This document shows positions 16,967 through 28,310 of a stretch of 64,000 nucleotides of DNA, piece after piece. The stretch covers positions 11,690 through 75,689 of the forward strand of contig JBQTGT010000012.1 of assembly GCA_052390615.1 (NCBI GenBank). Direction: 5' to 3'. The stretch comes from Actinomycetota bacterium. Lineage in GTDB: Bacteria; Actinomycetota; Acidimicrobiia; IMCC26256; PALSA-610. Made by a program: the position numbers and the translations under genes. The notes beneath the pieces are model-generated. The model was not told the DNA's origin. It made no database searches and saw nothing but the letters and a program-made list of their open reading frames with translations. Position 1 is the stretch's first letter; each line of letters opens with the position of its first letter.

Positions 16967-18649
16967 CTAGTTGCGCGTCGGCATCTTTCCGGGCGTGTGA
17001 TTGATCGTGAAGTGCCAACCGATGTCGACGGTCGCGCCCTGCTCGGAGACTTGGTGGTGGAGTTCCTTCGTCGCGACCGGCGAACCGCCTTGCGGCTGTT
17101 CCCAGTTCTCGAGCAGCAACCCGGACTCTGTCGCCTCGGGCAGGCCGGCTTCGCGCAGCAGCTCGAGGTCGGTGACGAACGGCGGCATCCCGAACGCACC
17201 GATCGGGTCGGGGCACGACACGGTTGCCTCGGCCAGCGTCGCGGGCGAGACGTTCACCGTCGGTCCCGTGTCTGCGAGTAGTGTGGTCGCGACCGCGCCG
17301 ATCTGCCCCTGTCCGGGTGTGATCCCGCAGTTGAAGTAGTCGTTCTGCGTGTAGTCATTCGGCACGTTGATACCGACGAACGCGCCGACGCCTTGGCCGA
17401 GCAGTTCGAGAAGCTCGGCGCCGCGGTCGTAGCCGACGCCGTCGACCGGTCCCTCCTGCGATCCTTCGTACCCCGCGCCCGCCATCAACAATGGGACCTT
17501 GACGGTGATCGAGTCACCCATCTTGATGACACCGCCGCCCATGTCGAACGCGAACTCGCCGTACGTGTCCAGCTCGAACTGGTTGCACGCTTCGAGGACC
17601 TGCTGTTGATATTCCGCTTCGCCGGGCTCGTTGTCGTAACCGATCAGCTGACCGATCGTTTGCCAATATAAGAGGTCCTTGAGCTTCGTGAGGTCTTTCT
17701 CGTCGATGCACGCACGCGCGAGCTCGTCGACGCGGCCGCGGATGCGGTCGCGCATCTCGTCCAGCTTCTTCTCGGCCGCCTGCTCGCCCTCCTCGTCGCC
17801 GGTGAGCTGGGCGTTGGCCAGCTCTTCGAGCGCGTCGCGGAGGTCGTCGCCGAGGTCGCCCCCGCCGTCGTCGCCCGCCGGCGTGTCGCCGTCGGCCAGC
17901 GAGTCCCGGTCCGGTTCGCCGCCACGCTCGTCGTCACCGCCGGGTCCGGGTGGTTCGCCCGGCGGGTTGTTCGGCGGAAACCCGTTGCCCGGCGCCGGCA
18001 CGTCGACGGGACCTCCGAGGTCGATGGCACCGCCTTGCAGTCCGCCGCTCGTCGGATTCGACGGGCCGCGATCGGGCCAGCCGCCGAAGCCGCCGGGCCC
18101 GGGGAAGCCGACGCCGCCGCGGCCGGAGAAGTGCGCGACGGCCAGGATATAGCGGTCGCCGTCGTAGCCGATCGGTCGCAGCGACGCTTCCTCGCCGTCG
18201 ACCGCGAGGCCGGCGCGCACGTCGACCGCCGCGCCGTCAGGGAGGTCGACGTACAACCACGCGGGCTTCGCGAACACGAGGCCTTCTGGTTCGAGCCCCA
18301 CGCCGAACGCCAACTCGGTGTCGTCGGGAAGGCCGTCGAGGCGCAGCAGTGGCGCGACGGTGATCTCGGTCGGTTCGGCCAGCGCGCCGGGTGGGATGTG
18401 CAGCTCGTAGACGGTGCCGTCGGGGCCGGTGCGCTGCACGGTCGCGCCACCGGGTCCGAGGATCTCGGGTGCCGGCCGCGGCTCGGCCGCCACCATCGTG
18501 ACCGTGACGGGATTAACCGGCGCGGTGTCGGGCTCGGCGGCGGCAGCGTCGCCGCTGTCGGGTTGGGTGGTGTCGGTTGCCCGATCGCTGCCGCCGCATC
18601 CGGCCACCAACAGGGCGGCGAGCAGGGCGGGCCCCAGGTTCCGTCGCAT
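16967..18649 (-). CDS. Large lipoprotein of unknown function
   Basis: 560-aa ORF. MRRNLGPALLAALLVAGCGG lipobox, a central Gly/Pro/Asp low-complexity linker and a C-terminal ~260-aa domain. No recognisable family. Confidence 0.8.
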   Translation of the reverse strand: MRRNLGPALLAALLVAGCGGSDRATDTTQPDSGDAAAAEPDTAPVNPVTVTMVAAEPRPAPEILGPGGATVQRTGPDGTVYELHIPPGALAEPTEITVAPLLRLDGLPDDTELAFGVGLEPEGLVFAKPAWLYVDLPDGAAVDVRAGLAVDGEEASLRPIGYDGDRYILAVAHFSGRGGVGFPGPGGFGGWPDRGPSNPTSGGLQGGAIDLGGPVDVPAPGNGFPPNNPPGEPPGPGGDDERGGEPDRDSLADGDTPAGDDGGGDLGDDLRDALEELANAQLTGDEEGEQAAEKKLDEMRDRIRGRVDELARACIDEKDLTKLKDLLYWQTIGQLIGYDNEPGEAEYQQQVLEACNQFELDTYGEFAFDMGGGVIKMGDSITVKVPLLMAGAGYEGSQEGPVDGVGYDRGAELLELLGQGVGAFVGINVPNDYTQNDYFNCGITPGQGQIGAVATTLLADTGPTVNVSPATLAEATVSCPDPIGAFGMPPFVTDLELLREAGLPEATESGLLLENWEQPQGGSPVATKELHHQVSEQGATVDIGWHFTINHTPGKMPTRN

Positions 18650-18695
18650 TCAGACTCACTCGGCCGATCTGCGTCCGAGCTGAACGACGGTGCCG

Positions 18696-19906
18696 TTACT
18701 GCTCGCACAGCGCCGCGCGCCGTTGGGCGGCCCGCATCGCGGCCCAATTGGCGGCGGCCGTACCGGTGGTGTCGTCGCCGCATCGAAGCGACGCACGCAG
18801 CGCAGTGCGCGTTCGGTGGTCGCCGCGCTCGATCGCGTCGGCGAGGCCGGGAACCGCGTCGTCGGACAGCGTCCCCAGATACGTGAGGTCGAGGGGCGCG
18901 CCCGCCTCGGCACGCGCCAGGTTGTGCCGCACGACGAACGCTTCGGGGTTGGCCACGTTCGCGACGACCACCAACGCGAGCGCCCACGCACCCCCGCCAC
19001 AGAGAAGCCAGTCACGCGACGCGCCGATGCCCGCGTTGCGCAATGCGATCATGATCAGGGTCCCGCCCATCCACAGCGCGGCGCCGACGACACACAGCCG
19101 CAGCATCGTGAGTCCGAATGCCTGGTCGTACAGCGCCATGCGGCGCAGGCTGACGACAACCAGTCCGAGTGCGAGCACGGGAACGATTGCGCCCAGCACG
19201 CGCACATTCGGGGTCGTGAGTACTTCGGGTGCAGCCAAGCCGCGCACGAGTGTGAGGAACGCGACGAGAACCGCGATCGCCCAACAGAGCTGGAAGAAAC
19301 CGCTGCGCGCGTACTCGGCGGGTGTCAGCCCCGATTCCTCGACGAGACGTCGTCCGGCATCGGTGAGTGCGATCAGCTGGGCAACGACGAAGAGGCCGAG
19401 CACTGTTGCGACAAGCCCCAGCATCGTGACGATCGAGCAACACGGGCGATGCGTCCACTCCCGTGACGCGGCACGAGCGATCGAAGGTATGCGGGTCCCG
19501 TGCCGATTCGACCGAACGTCGTCACGAAACGCCGATAGGCGTTGGCCAGCGTCGTCGATGACACCGAACCCGAATGCGAATAGCACGCGGCCGCGCTGAT
19601 GAGTGCGACGGACGCGATGAGGTTGGAGAGGGCCAGCCACGGGCTGGCGCGCACCGCCAGGAAAGTCGCGGGCACGGCCGCGGCCAGCGCCAGTCGCCGC
19701 GCGCCCGACCGTTGGAGTCGCTCGCTGGCGAACAGGGCCCACACCGCGAGCACAATCGCCGCCGCGACCAGCCCGTTGGCCGGACCTCCTCGTATTCCGA
19801 TGTCGAAGCACGCTCCCGCGCCAACGGCGATCAGTGCCAGCCGCACCGGTGAGCGACCAAACGCTGCAGTCTTAGGGAGCTCGTCGATCGTCGGCGTGTG
19901 CTGCAT
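18696..19906 (-). pseudogene. Polytopic membrane protein (DUF4153/DUF4173-like by recollection) split over two frames; either frameshifted or two overlapping genes
   Basis: The N-terminal TM-rich part is in ORF 19373-19906. The TM-rich continuation (from about 19490, ...IVTMLGLVATVLGLFVVAQLIAL...ALYDQAFGLTMLRL...) is in ORF 18696-19811. The frames overlap about 19373-19500. Confidence 0.45.
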
Positions 19907-20034
19907 CGTGGGTCACGATACGAAAGAGATGTATGGACGGTGTGCACACGATGTGGAGATTTCGACGAGGGAGGTGTCGGTCAGGAGATTCGCGCGGTTG
20001 CGACGTTCGTCGATATGCTGCACGCATGGTCACC

Positions 20035-20484
20035 AACGGAAGCGTCAGTCTCGAGATCAAGGCGGCACCCGAGGAGGTGTACGGATTGGTCACCGACGTC
20101 ACGCGCATGGGCGAGTGGAGCCCGGAGTGCCACAAGTGCGAGTGGCTCGACGGTGCGCCCGCGACGGTCGGCGCGACGTTCAAGGGACATAACAAGAACG
20201 GTTTGATGCGTTGGAGCACGACCGCGAAGGTGCTGTCGGCCGAGCCGGGGCGAGAGTTCAAGTTCGCGACGCAGTCCGGTGGAAAGGACTCGACCGTGTG
20301 GCGCTACCGGTTCGAGCCGACACCGGGCGGGACGTTGGTCACCGAGTCATACGAGGCTGTGTTCACGCCGAAGATGATCGCGCTCGCCGAGCGATTCCTT
20401 CTTCGGAATCGCGCGCAGCAGATCGAACGCGGGATGCACGCGACGCTCGAGCGGCTCAAGTCCGTGGCCGAATCCGCAAGCTAG
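20035..20484 (+). CDS. SRPBCC family protein (polyketide cyclase/dehydrase-like)
   Basis: ATG 20035 is within track ORF 19933-20484. MVTNGSVSLEIKAAPEEVYGLVTDVTRMGEWSPE is a typical SRPBCC N-terminus. Confidence 0.85.
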   Translation, partial: NGSVSLEIKAAPEEVYGLVTDVTRMGEWSPECHKCEWLDGAPATVGATFKGHNKNGLMRWSTTAKVLSAEPGREFKFATQSGGKDSTVWRYRFEPTPGGTLVTESYEAVFTPKMIALAERFLLRNRAQQIERGMHATLERLKSVAESAS

Positions 20485-21398
20485 GGGCCAACCGCGAGCG
20501 GGGCTTCACCGGCGACGGTCGTGCGGTGCATGTAACGGCGGTTCCCCGACACGTCCGCCATCACCATGTGTTGGACGCGGCGGTTGTCCCAGAACGCGAC
20601 GTCGCCCGCCTCCCAATGCCAGCGGCACGTGAATGACTCCTGCGTCGCGTGGCGGAACAGCCGTTCGAGCAGCGGCGACGACTCGTGCGGGTAGAAGCCA
20701 GCGAGGCCGACCGTGTACTGCTGGTTGACGAACAGCGCCTTGTGGCCCGATTCCGCATGCACGCGCACCGCCGGGTGCTCCTGCGACTTGTTCGCATCTT
20801 CGCTCGTGTGCACGGTCATGCCGACGAACGTGTCGTGGATCGCCTGCATCTTCGGTGAGTACGCGTTGACCGCGCTGTGCACGCCGCGCAGCGACGAGAC
20901 CATCGCGCGCATGCCCGGTGACAACGTGCGGTACGCGGCGTACTGATCGGCCCAGATCGTGTCGGAGCCGTACGGCGGGACCTCGATCGCATGGAGAATC
21001 GATCCCATCGGCGGCTCGGGAAGGAACGAGAAGTCCGAGTGCCAGATGCCGCCGAAGACAAAGCCTTGTTGTTCTTGGGGCTCGCGTACTACGGCGATGA
21101 CCTCAGGATGATCGGCGACCGACTCGACGAACGGCACCGGGCTGTACGGGCCGAACCGGCGGCTGAACGCGACCTGCTGATCGGGTGTGAGCGATTGGCC
21201 ACGAAAGAAGATCACCCCGTTGTCGAGTAGCGCGCGGCGAACCTCGGCGATCGCGTCGTCATCGAGATCGGACGCGAGGTCCACGCCTCCGACGACCGCG
21301 CCGCACGCGCCCGCGTGCTTGGTCACCGTGACACTTCGGTACTCGTGCCCGACCGGCGCGGCCGGAACCGGAATCAGCGGAACGTCAGTCGCCGTCAC
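20481..21398 (-). CDS. TauD/TfdA family Fe(II)/2OG dioxygenase
   Basis: WHSDFSF (HxD), ...TIWAD..., and ...WDNRRVQH motifs. GTG 21398 is chosen because ATG 21491 would run into the divergent gene's start region. Confidence 0.88.
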   Translation of the reverse strand: MTATDVPLIPVPAAPVGHEYRSVTVTKHAGACGAVVGGVDLASDLDDDAIAEVRRALLDNGVIFFRGQSLTPDQQVAFSRRFGPYSPVPFVESVADHPEVIAVVREPQEQQGFVFGGIWHSDFSFLPEPPMGSILHAIEVPPYGSDTIWADQYAAYRTLSPGMRAMVSSLRGVHSAVNAYSPKMQAIHDTFVGMTVHTSEDANKSQEHPAVRVHAESGHKALFVNQQYTVGLAGFYPHESSPLLERLFRHATQESFTCRWHWEAGDVAFWDNRRVQHMVMADVSGNRRYMHRTTVAGEAPLAVGP

Positions 21399-21502
21399 GG
21401 CTACCAGCCTGCCAGACTGCCGGGAAATCCGGGATCGGGGTTGATCCGGCCCCCGACCGCACGGCGAACATGCGGTGGGACCGCTCGGCATCAGGAGGAA
21501 TC

Positions 21503-22072
21503 ATGGACAGCGTTGCCCTGCTCCAAAAGGTGATCGACGAGACAACGAGGGTCGTCGACAACATTTCGCCGGCGCAGCTCATGCAGCCGTCGCCGTGCGC
21601 GGGGTGGGCGGTCCGCGATGTGATCAACCACATCACGGGCGGCGCCACGATGTTCGCGATCTCCGCCGAACAAGGCGCTGTTCCGGACGAAATGATCGGC
21701 CAGCTCATGGGCGGTGACAACATCGGCGACGACCCGCAAGGCGCGTTCAAGAAGGCTGCCGACCACGCGTTGGCCGCGTTCCACGAGCCTGGTGTCCTCG
21801 ACAAGATGGTCACGCTGCCGTTCGGGACGATGCCCGCGGGTATCGCGTTGAACATCGCCGTCTTCGACGTCGCGGTGCACGCGTGCGACATCGCGCACGC
21901 GTCGGGCCAGAAGATCACCGACGACGCCACCTTCACGATGGCGCTCGGAATCGGTCAGGAGATGGTCGGCCCCGACCTGCGCCAGCCGGGTGTGTTCGAC
22001 GCCGAGCAATCCGTGCCGGCGGGGGCGACGATCCAGGAACGCCTGCTCGCGTTCGCGGGCCGCAAGATCTGA
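21503..22072 (+). CDS. DinB-like / mycothiol-dependent maleylpyruvate isomerase N-terminal domain protein (TIGR03086-like)
   Basis: AGGAGG lies 5 nt upstream of ATG 21503. The product contains PCAGWAVRDVINHITGG and a C-terminal ...IQERLLAFAGRKI. Confidence 0.8.
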   Translation: MDSVALLQKVIDETTRVVDNISPAQLMQPSPCAGWAVRDVINHITGGATMFAISAEQGAVPDEMIGQLMGGDNIGDDPQGAFKKAADHALAAFHEPGVLDKMVTLPFGTMPAGIALNIAVFDVAVHACDIAHASGQKITDDATFTMALGIGQEMVGPDLRQPGVFDAEQSVPAGATIQERLLAFAGRKI

Positions 22073-22093
22073 TCGGGTCCGGTCCGCAACGCA

Positions 22094-22138
22094 ACCTGCG
22101 CCGCAAAACCCGGATAGTTCCCGGCTTGCGGCGCAGGT
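22094..22138 (+). repeat. Conserved hairpin element, copy A
   Basis: ACCTGCGCCGC-AAAACCCGGATAGTTCCCGGCTT-GCGGCGCAGGT has a perfect 11-bp outer stem. It lies 22 nt after the stop at 22072 and 12 nt from the cspA stop. Near-identical copies are at 46688-46730 and 53144-53184. Confidence 0.85.
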
Positions 22139-22150
22139 ATGCGATGACTC

Positions 22151-22351
22151 TCAGACCACGCGGACGTTCTGGGCCTCGTCGCCCTTGCGTCCCGGGGCAA
22201 CGTCGAACTCGACGGCCTGCCCCTCTTCCAGGGTCTTGTATCCGTTGCCCTGGATGTTCGAGTAGTGCACGAAAATGTCCTTGTCTCCCTCGCGCGAGAT
22301 GAAGCCGTACCCCTTCTCGGCGTTGAAGAACTTCACAGTGCCTTGTGCCAA
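22151..22351 (-). CDS. cspA: Cold-shock protein
   Basis: The 66-aa product [18 protein letters not shown]...DIFVHYS contains RNP1 and RNP2 motifs. Confidence 0.97.
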   Translation of the reverse strand: MAQGTVKFFNAEKGYGFISREGDKDIFVHYSNIQGNGYKTLEEGQAVEFDVAPGRKGDEAQNVRVV

Positions 22352-22473
22352 TTGACTAGCTTCTTCCTTACCTTCGAGCGTCTCCGAACGTCCGCTCGTC
22401 CGGCTTCCAAGGGTAGCCGCGGCCAGAGTGGGGGCGGAATGGGACCGCCCGGACCCTCCAGTAGCCTGAACCG

Positions 22474-24271
<1,798 letters not shown>

Positions 24272-24294
<23 letters not shown>

Positions 24295-26293
24295 GCCAGA
24301 ACTCCGCCTGCGTGAGCGCGTCGCGGTAGTACGACTCGCTTGTGTAGTTCGAGTGTCCTTCGAGCGGCGTGAGCAGCGGCACCTCCCAGTCGAGGGCTGC
24401 GTGCTGCACCGCGCCGCCAATCGGATCGGTGACGCGGAACAGGTTCACCCATCTTCCGTCGAGGCGGCGCGCGAGCGCAGCTGTCGTCGCGGGTGCGAAG
24501 TACGCCGGAAAGTATCGGCGATAGAGGCGATCGATCGGTGCGCCGTACGTCACGAGGACGACGCGGTCGACGGCTTGGCCTTGTCGGAGCAGCGCCGCCG
24601 CCGCGATCACGGATCCTTGGCTGTGCGAAGAGACGATGACGGCATGGGCGCGGAATGTCGGGTCATCACGTCGCGGGTCACCACTCGTGAGATACGCAAT
24701 CCGCTGCCCGAGCTCGGGGACGGCCCGTTCGGCATAGCACGGCGGCGCGAGCGGATGGGCGTGGCGCGGCCAGAACGTCGCGACGTCCCAGACGATGCCG
24801 ACCCGCCGCCGCAGCGCGCGGTTGCGGTAGGACGCGCGCGCGAGCAGCACGAGCCCGATTGCGAACAGCGCGATCAGGCGGCTGCCGACGACCGTGAGCC
24901 CGCGCCACGCGGGCCCGGACGTATCGGAACGCAGGTCGTCGGCCCAGCCCTGGTCGATCGCGACCACGATTGCGACGCCACCCACGAGGAGCGGCACGAG
25001 CGCGGCCATGACGATAGCGGCGTAGACGGAGATGCGGTCGGTGCGGCGCGCGGCGCGGGTACGCCGCGCGACCGGGTCGGGCGGTTCCGGGTTCCACAGT
25101 CGTCGCGCGGCGAACACGAGCGCGGCCGCGGCCGCAGTCGCGATCGCGATGCCCAGCACGACCGCGGTTCCGCGTGCTGCCCACGCGATCCCCTCCGGCA
25201 GCACGAGCGCCCGCGTGTCGGGTTCGCCGAGGAGATCCGCCCCCTGCACGACGACGCCGGCGGAGAACGCGGCACCCAACGCGAGCGCGAGCAATGCCAC
25301 CGACGCGGCGGTCCACCGCGAAACGAGCAGGAGTACGCCGACACCGAGCACTTGGAAGGCGAACAGATATGTCACCGAACGGTCGATTCCCGGGAGCTGC
25401 GCGGGGAGGCTGCGGAAATCTGGTTCGGACCATGCGTACCACGCGGTCGCCAACAACGCGAACCACGCGAGCCCGAGCGCGATCCAACTCATCGTGACGC
25501 GGATGGGGTCGACGCGCGCGGGAATGTCTTCGAGCGAGAGCACGGCGACGCCGACAAGCACCGCGACTGACATCGCGAGCTGAAATTCCGCGTCGCCGGT
25601 CGTGCGAACCAGCGCGAACGACAGCAGCGCCGCCACCGTCGCGACCGCGATCGAGACGTGTAGGTGACGAAGCAGCCGTCCCCGTGCGCGGCCGTCCCAC
25701 AGCTCCGGATCGTCGAATGGCGTCTCTTTCACCAACGGCATCACGGTCACGTCCGGTACGAACGCCTCCGCGCGTTGCCACGTCGTACGGGCGAGCGCCC
25801 ACAGCACGGCGATGACGGCGACCGGAAGGAGCAGCGAGATGGCGAGGCGGCGCCCCGGCGAGTCGAGCCACTGCCACGCGAGGAAGCGCGTATACGCGTG
25901 GCGCTCGACGCACGCGGCGTCGCTGCCGCACTGCCACGCGAGGAGATCAGCGCTGACGATGTACGCGGAGCCGACGAGCGTCCCGGTCATCGACAGCGCG
26001 AACAGCCGCGTGAGTGGGCATGCGAAGCGAGCGCCGGGACGGTGCATTGCGGCCGCCGCGTTGACCAGCGCGAACGGCGTGAGCAGCACCCAGGCTGCGC
26101 GCATGGGCGAACCTGATGTGAGCCCACCCCACGCGTACGCCTCTTCGGTGTCGCGATCACCGTCGTCGGTGCGCGGTCGGTAGAAGCCCGATGCGTCGTC
26201 GCCCGCAACGCGACGTGGATGGGGGTCGTCGAGCATCTGCTCGGGCGCCGTCCCGCTCACCCCGTGCACACGCAGCTCGATCACTCGCTCCAC
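24272..26293 (-). CDS. Polytopic membrane protein with a C-terminal Ser-Asp-His hydrolase-like domain
   Basis: 673-aa ORF. GTG start with GAGGAAG upstream. N-terminal ELRVHGVSG, about 10-11 TM segments, then SSHSQGS (nucleophile elbow), RVTDPIG and EGHSNY. Confidence 0.8.
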
Positions 26294-26391
26294 TCTTCCT
26301 CATCAGAGTCGCAATTGCGCGCACCAGCGGCACTTTTCTGACTTTGATGTGGGAATCCGACTGGCCCGGGTAGCGTTCCCACCGACGTGAT

Positions 26392-26429
26392 GCGTCGATA
26401 GACTCAAAGAACTTAGGGTCTATCGACGC
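26392..26429. promoter_or_regulatory. Perfect 12-bp inverted repeat GCGTCGATAGAC-N14-GTCTATCGACGC
   Basis: It sits in the 155-bp divergent intergenic region and ends 19 nt before ATG 26449. The spacer TCAAAGAACTTAGG is AT-rich in an otherwise GC-rich context. Confidence 0.4.
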
Positions 26430-26448
26430 CCGACGGACTGGGAGTGGA

Positions 26449-27618
26449 ATGACGGACGTGCAGGGCTGGACGGCGAAGGGTTTCGCGGACGTGCGCGACG
26501 CCTTCGCGAACAACTTCCGCGAGGGGCGCGAGATCGGCGCGTCGTTCAGCGCGTACCACCGCGGCCAGAAGGTCGTCGACCTCTGGGGCGGCGTCGCCGA
26601 GCCGAAGACGGGCCGCCCGTGGGAAGAGGACACGATCGTCCTTGTGTTCTCGACGACGAAGGGCGTCACCGCGGCGTGCGCGAACCGACTCGCGCAGCAA
26701 GGCGCGCTCGATGTTGACGCGCCGGTTGCGCGGTACTGGCCCGAGTTCGCGGCTGAGGGCAAGGCCGACATCCCCGTCTCGTACCTCCTGTCGCACCAAG
26801 CGGGCCTCGCCTGGGTCGACGGCGCGATGACGGTCGACGACGCGCTCGCGTGGGGGCCGGTCGTCGAACGCCTCGCGGCGCAGGCGCCGCACTGGGTGCC
26901 GGGCACCAGCCACGGCTATCACGCCACGACCTACGGCTGGCTGGTCGGAGAGGTGATCCGCCGAGTGACTGGCCGCAGCGTCGGCGCCTACCTGCGCGAC
27001 GAGATCGCGCAGCCCCTCGGCCTCGACTTCTGGATTGGTCTGCCCGTCGAACACGAGCCGCGCGTGGCGCCGCTGGTGTCATGGCGCACGCCCGAGTTCC
27101 TGGCGAACCAGGATATTCAGAACGCAATCGAGATGTTCATGGGACCGGAGACGGTGCTCGGGAAGGCGCTGAGCGCGCCCGGAGGCGCGTTCTCCGTCAA
27201 CGACGACGCGTTCTGGAACTCGCGCCGGGTGCGCGCGGCCGAGATTCCCGCCGCGAACGGCGTGGGTGATGCGCGTTCGCTAGCGCGTCTGTACGCGGCC
27301 TGCATCGGCGAGGTCGACGGTATGCGCGTGCTCACGCCCGATCAGTTGAAACGGGCGACTACGCAGCAGACCGACGGCCCGAACACCGTGCTGATGAACC
27401 TCGACATCCAGTTCGGCCTCGGGTTCATGGTCCGCTCGAGCATCATCCCGATCGGCGGCCCGCAATCGTTCGGTCACTTCGGTCTCGGCGGCTCCATGGG
27501 CTGGGCCGACCCCGACGCGGAGGTCGCATTCGGCTACACGATGAACAAGCTCGACATCGGGTTGGCGGGCGACGTGCGCAGCTCGTCGCTGGTCCAGGCC
27601 TGCTACTCGTCCGTGTAG
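26449..27618 (+). CDS. Serine hydrolase, beta-lactamase/esterase (class C-like) family
   Basis: 389-aa ORF with SxxK motif FSTTKG and a Tyr-containing YHATTYG region. Confidence 0.9.
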   Translation: MTDVQGWTAKGFADVRDAFANNFREGREIGASFSAYHRGQKVVDLWGGVAEPKTGRPWEEDTIVLVFSTTKGVTAACANRLAQQGALDVDAPVARYWPEFAAEGKADIPVSYLLSHQAGLAWVDGAMTVDDALAWGPVVERLAAQAPHWVPGTSHGYHATTYGWLVGEVIRRVTGRSVGAYLRDEIAQPLGLDFWIGLPVEHEPRVAPLVSWRTPEFLANQDIQNAIEMFMGPETVLGKALSAPGGAFSVNDDAFWNSRRVRAAEIPAANGVGDARSLARLYAACIGEVDGMRVLTPDQLKRATTQQTDGPNTVLMNLDIQFGLGFMVRSSIIPIGGPQSFGHFGLGGSMGWADPDAEVAFGYTMNKLDIGLAGDVRSSSLVQACYSSV

Positions 27619-28286
27619 GGGGGACGGATCGACGCGGCCTCCACTCGGCGGCGCACAGTCCAGCCCAGGCGTTCGTACAGGCGAATCGCGGGCGCGTTCT
27701 CTACGAGGACGTGCAAGAACGGCTGTGCACCGCGCGCGCGAATGTCCTCGACCAACGCGTGCACCAACGTCGCCGCGTGGCCGCGGCCGCGAAATGCAGG
27801 ATCGGTGCACACCGCGCTGATCTCCGTGTAGCCGTCGAGCTGCATGCGTTCGCCGGCCATCGCGACCAGGGCGTCGCCTTCCCGGATCCCGACGTAGGTT
27901 CCGAGCTCGGCCGTGCGCGCTTGGAACGGGCCGGGGCGCGTGCGCGCCACGAGACCGAGCATGGCCGGCACGTCGTCGGGGCCCAGTCGTTCGACGGGTT
28001 CGTGCGTGGGCGCAGGGTTGGGCGGCGGCACCATCTGCAGCGTCGGCATCCGTACCTCGATCGACCAGCCCGCAGGATCGGGGACCGACGCGCGAAACAG
28101 CAACGCGACACCGGTCGGTCCCACCAGCGTCGCCAGCGCGGCCCACGCGTCCTCGTCGGGCTCGTCGTGCACGGCGGCGAACGGCGCGACGTCGGGCACG
28201 TACCGGAAGGCCAGGTCGGTCCCCTCGGCTACCGTTGCCTGCGGACCCGTGAGCGCGCGCCATACCGCGTTGTCGAGCGGGTGCAT
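27603..28286 (-). CDS. GNAT family N-acetyltransferase
   Basis: 227-aa ORF. The acetyl-CoA binding motif FRGRGHAATLV is followed by ...AIRLYERLGW. Confidence 0.85.
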   Translation of the reverse strand: MHPLDNAVWRALTGPQATVAEGTDLAFRYVPDVAPFAAVHDEPDEDAWAALATLVGPTGVALLFRASVPDPAGWSIEVRMPTLQMVPPPNPAPTHEPVERLGPDDVPAMLGLVARTRPGPFQARTAELGTYVGIREGDALVAMAGERMQLDGYTEISAVCTDPAFRGRGHAATLVHALVEDIRARGAQPFLHVLVENAPAIRLYERLGWTVRRRVEAASIRPPYTDE

Positions 28287-28310
28287 CGCTCAATGCTCGC
28301 AGGAGAAACG

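Noticed and set aside
26417-26452. An ATGA at the serine-hydrolase start, checked for a third leader mini-ORF
   Set aside because: The frame ending at TGA 26450-26452 is open for only 11 codons and has no ATG. The only GTG would give a 2-codon ORF.
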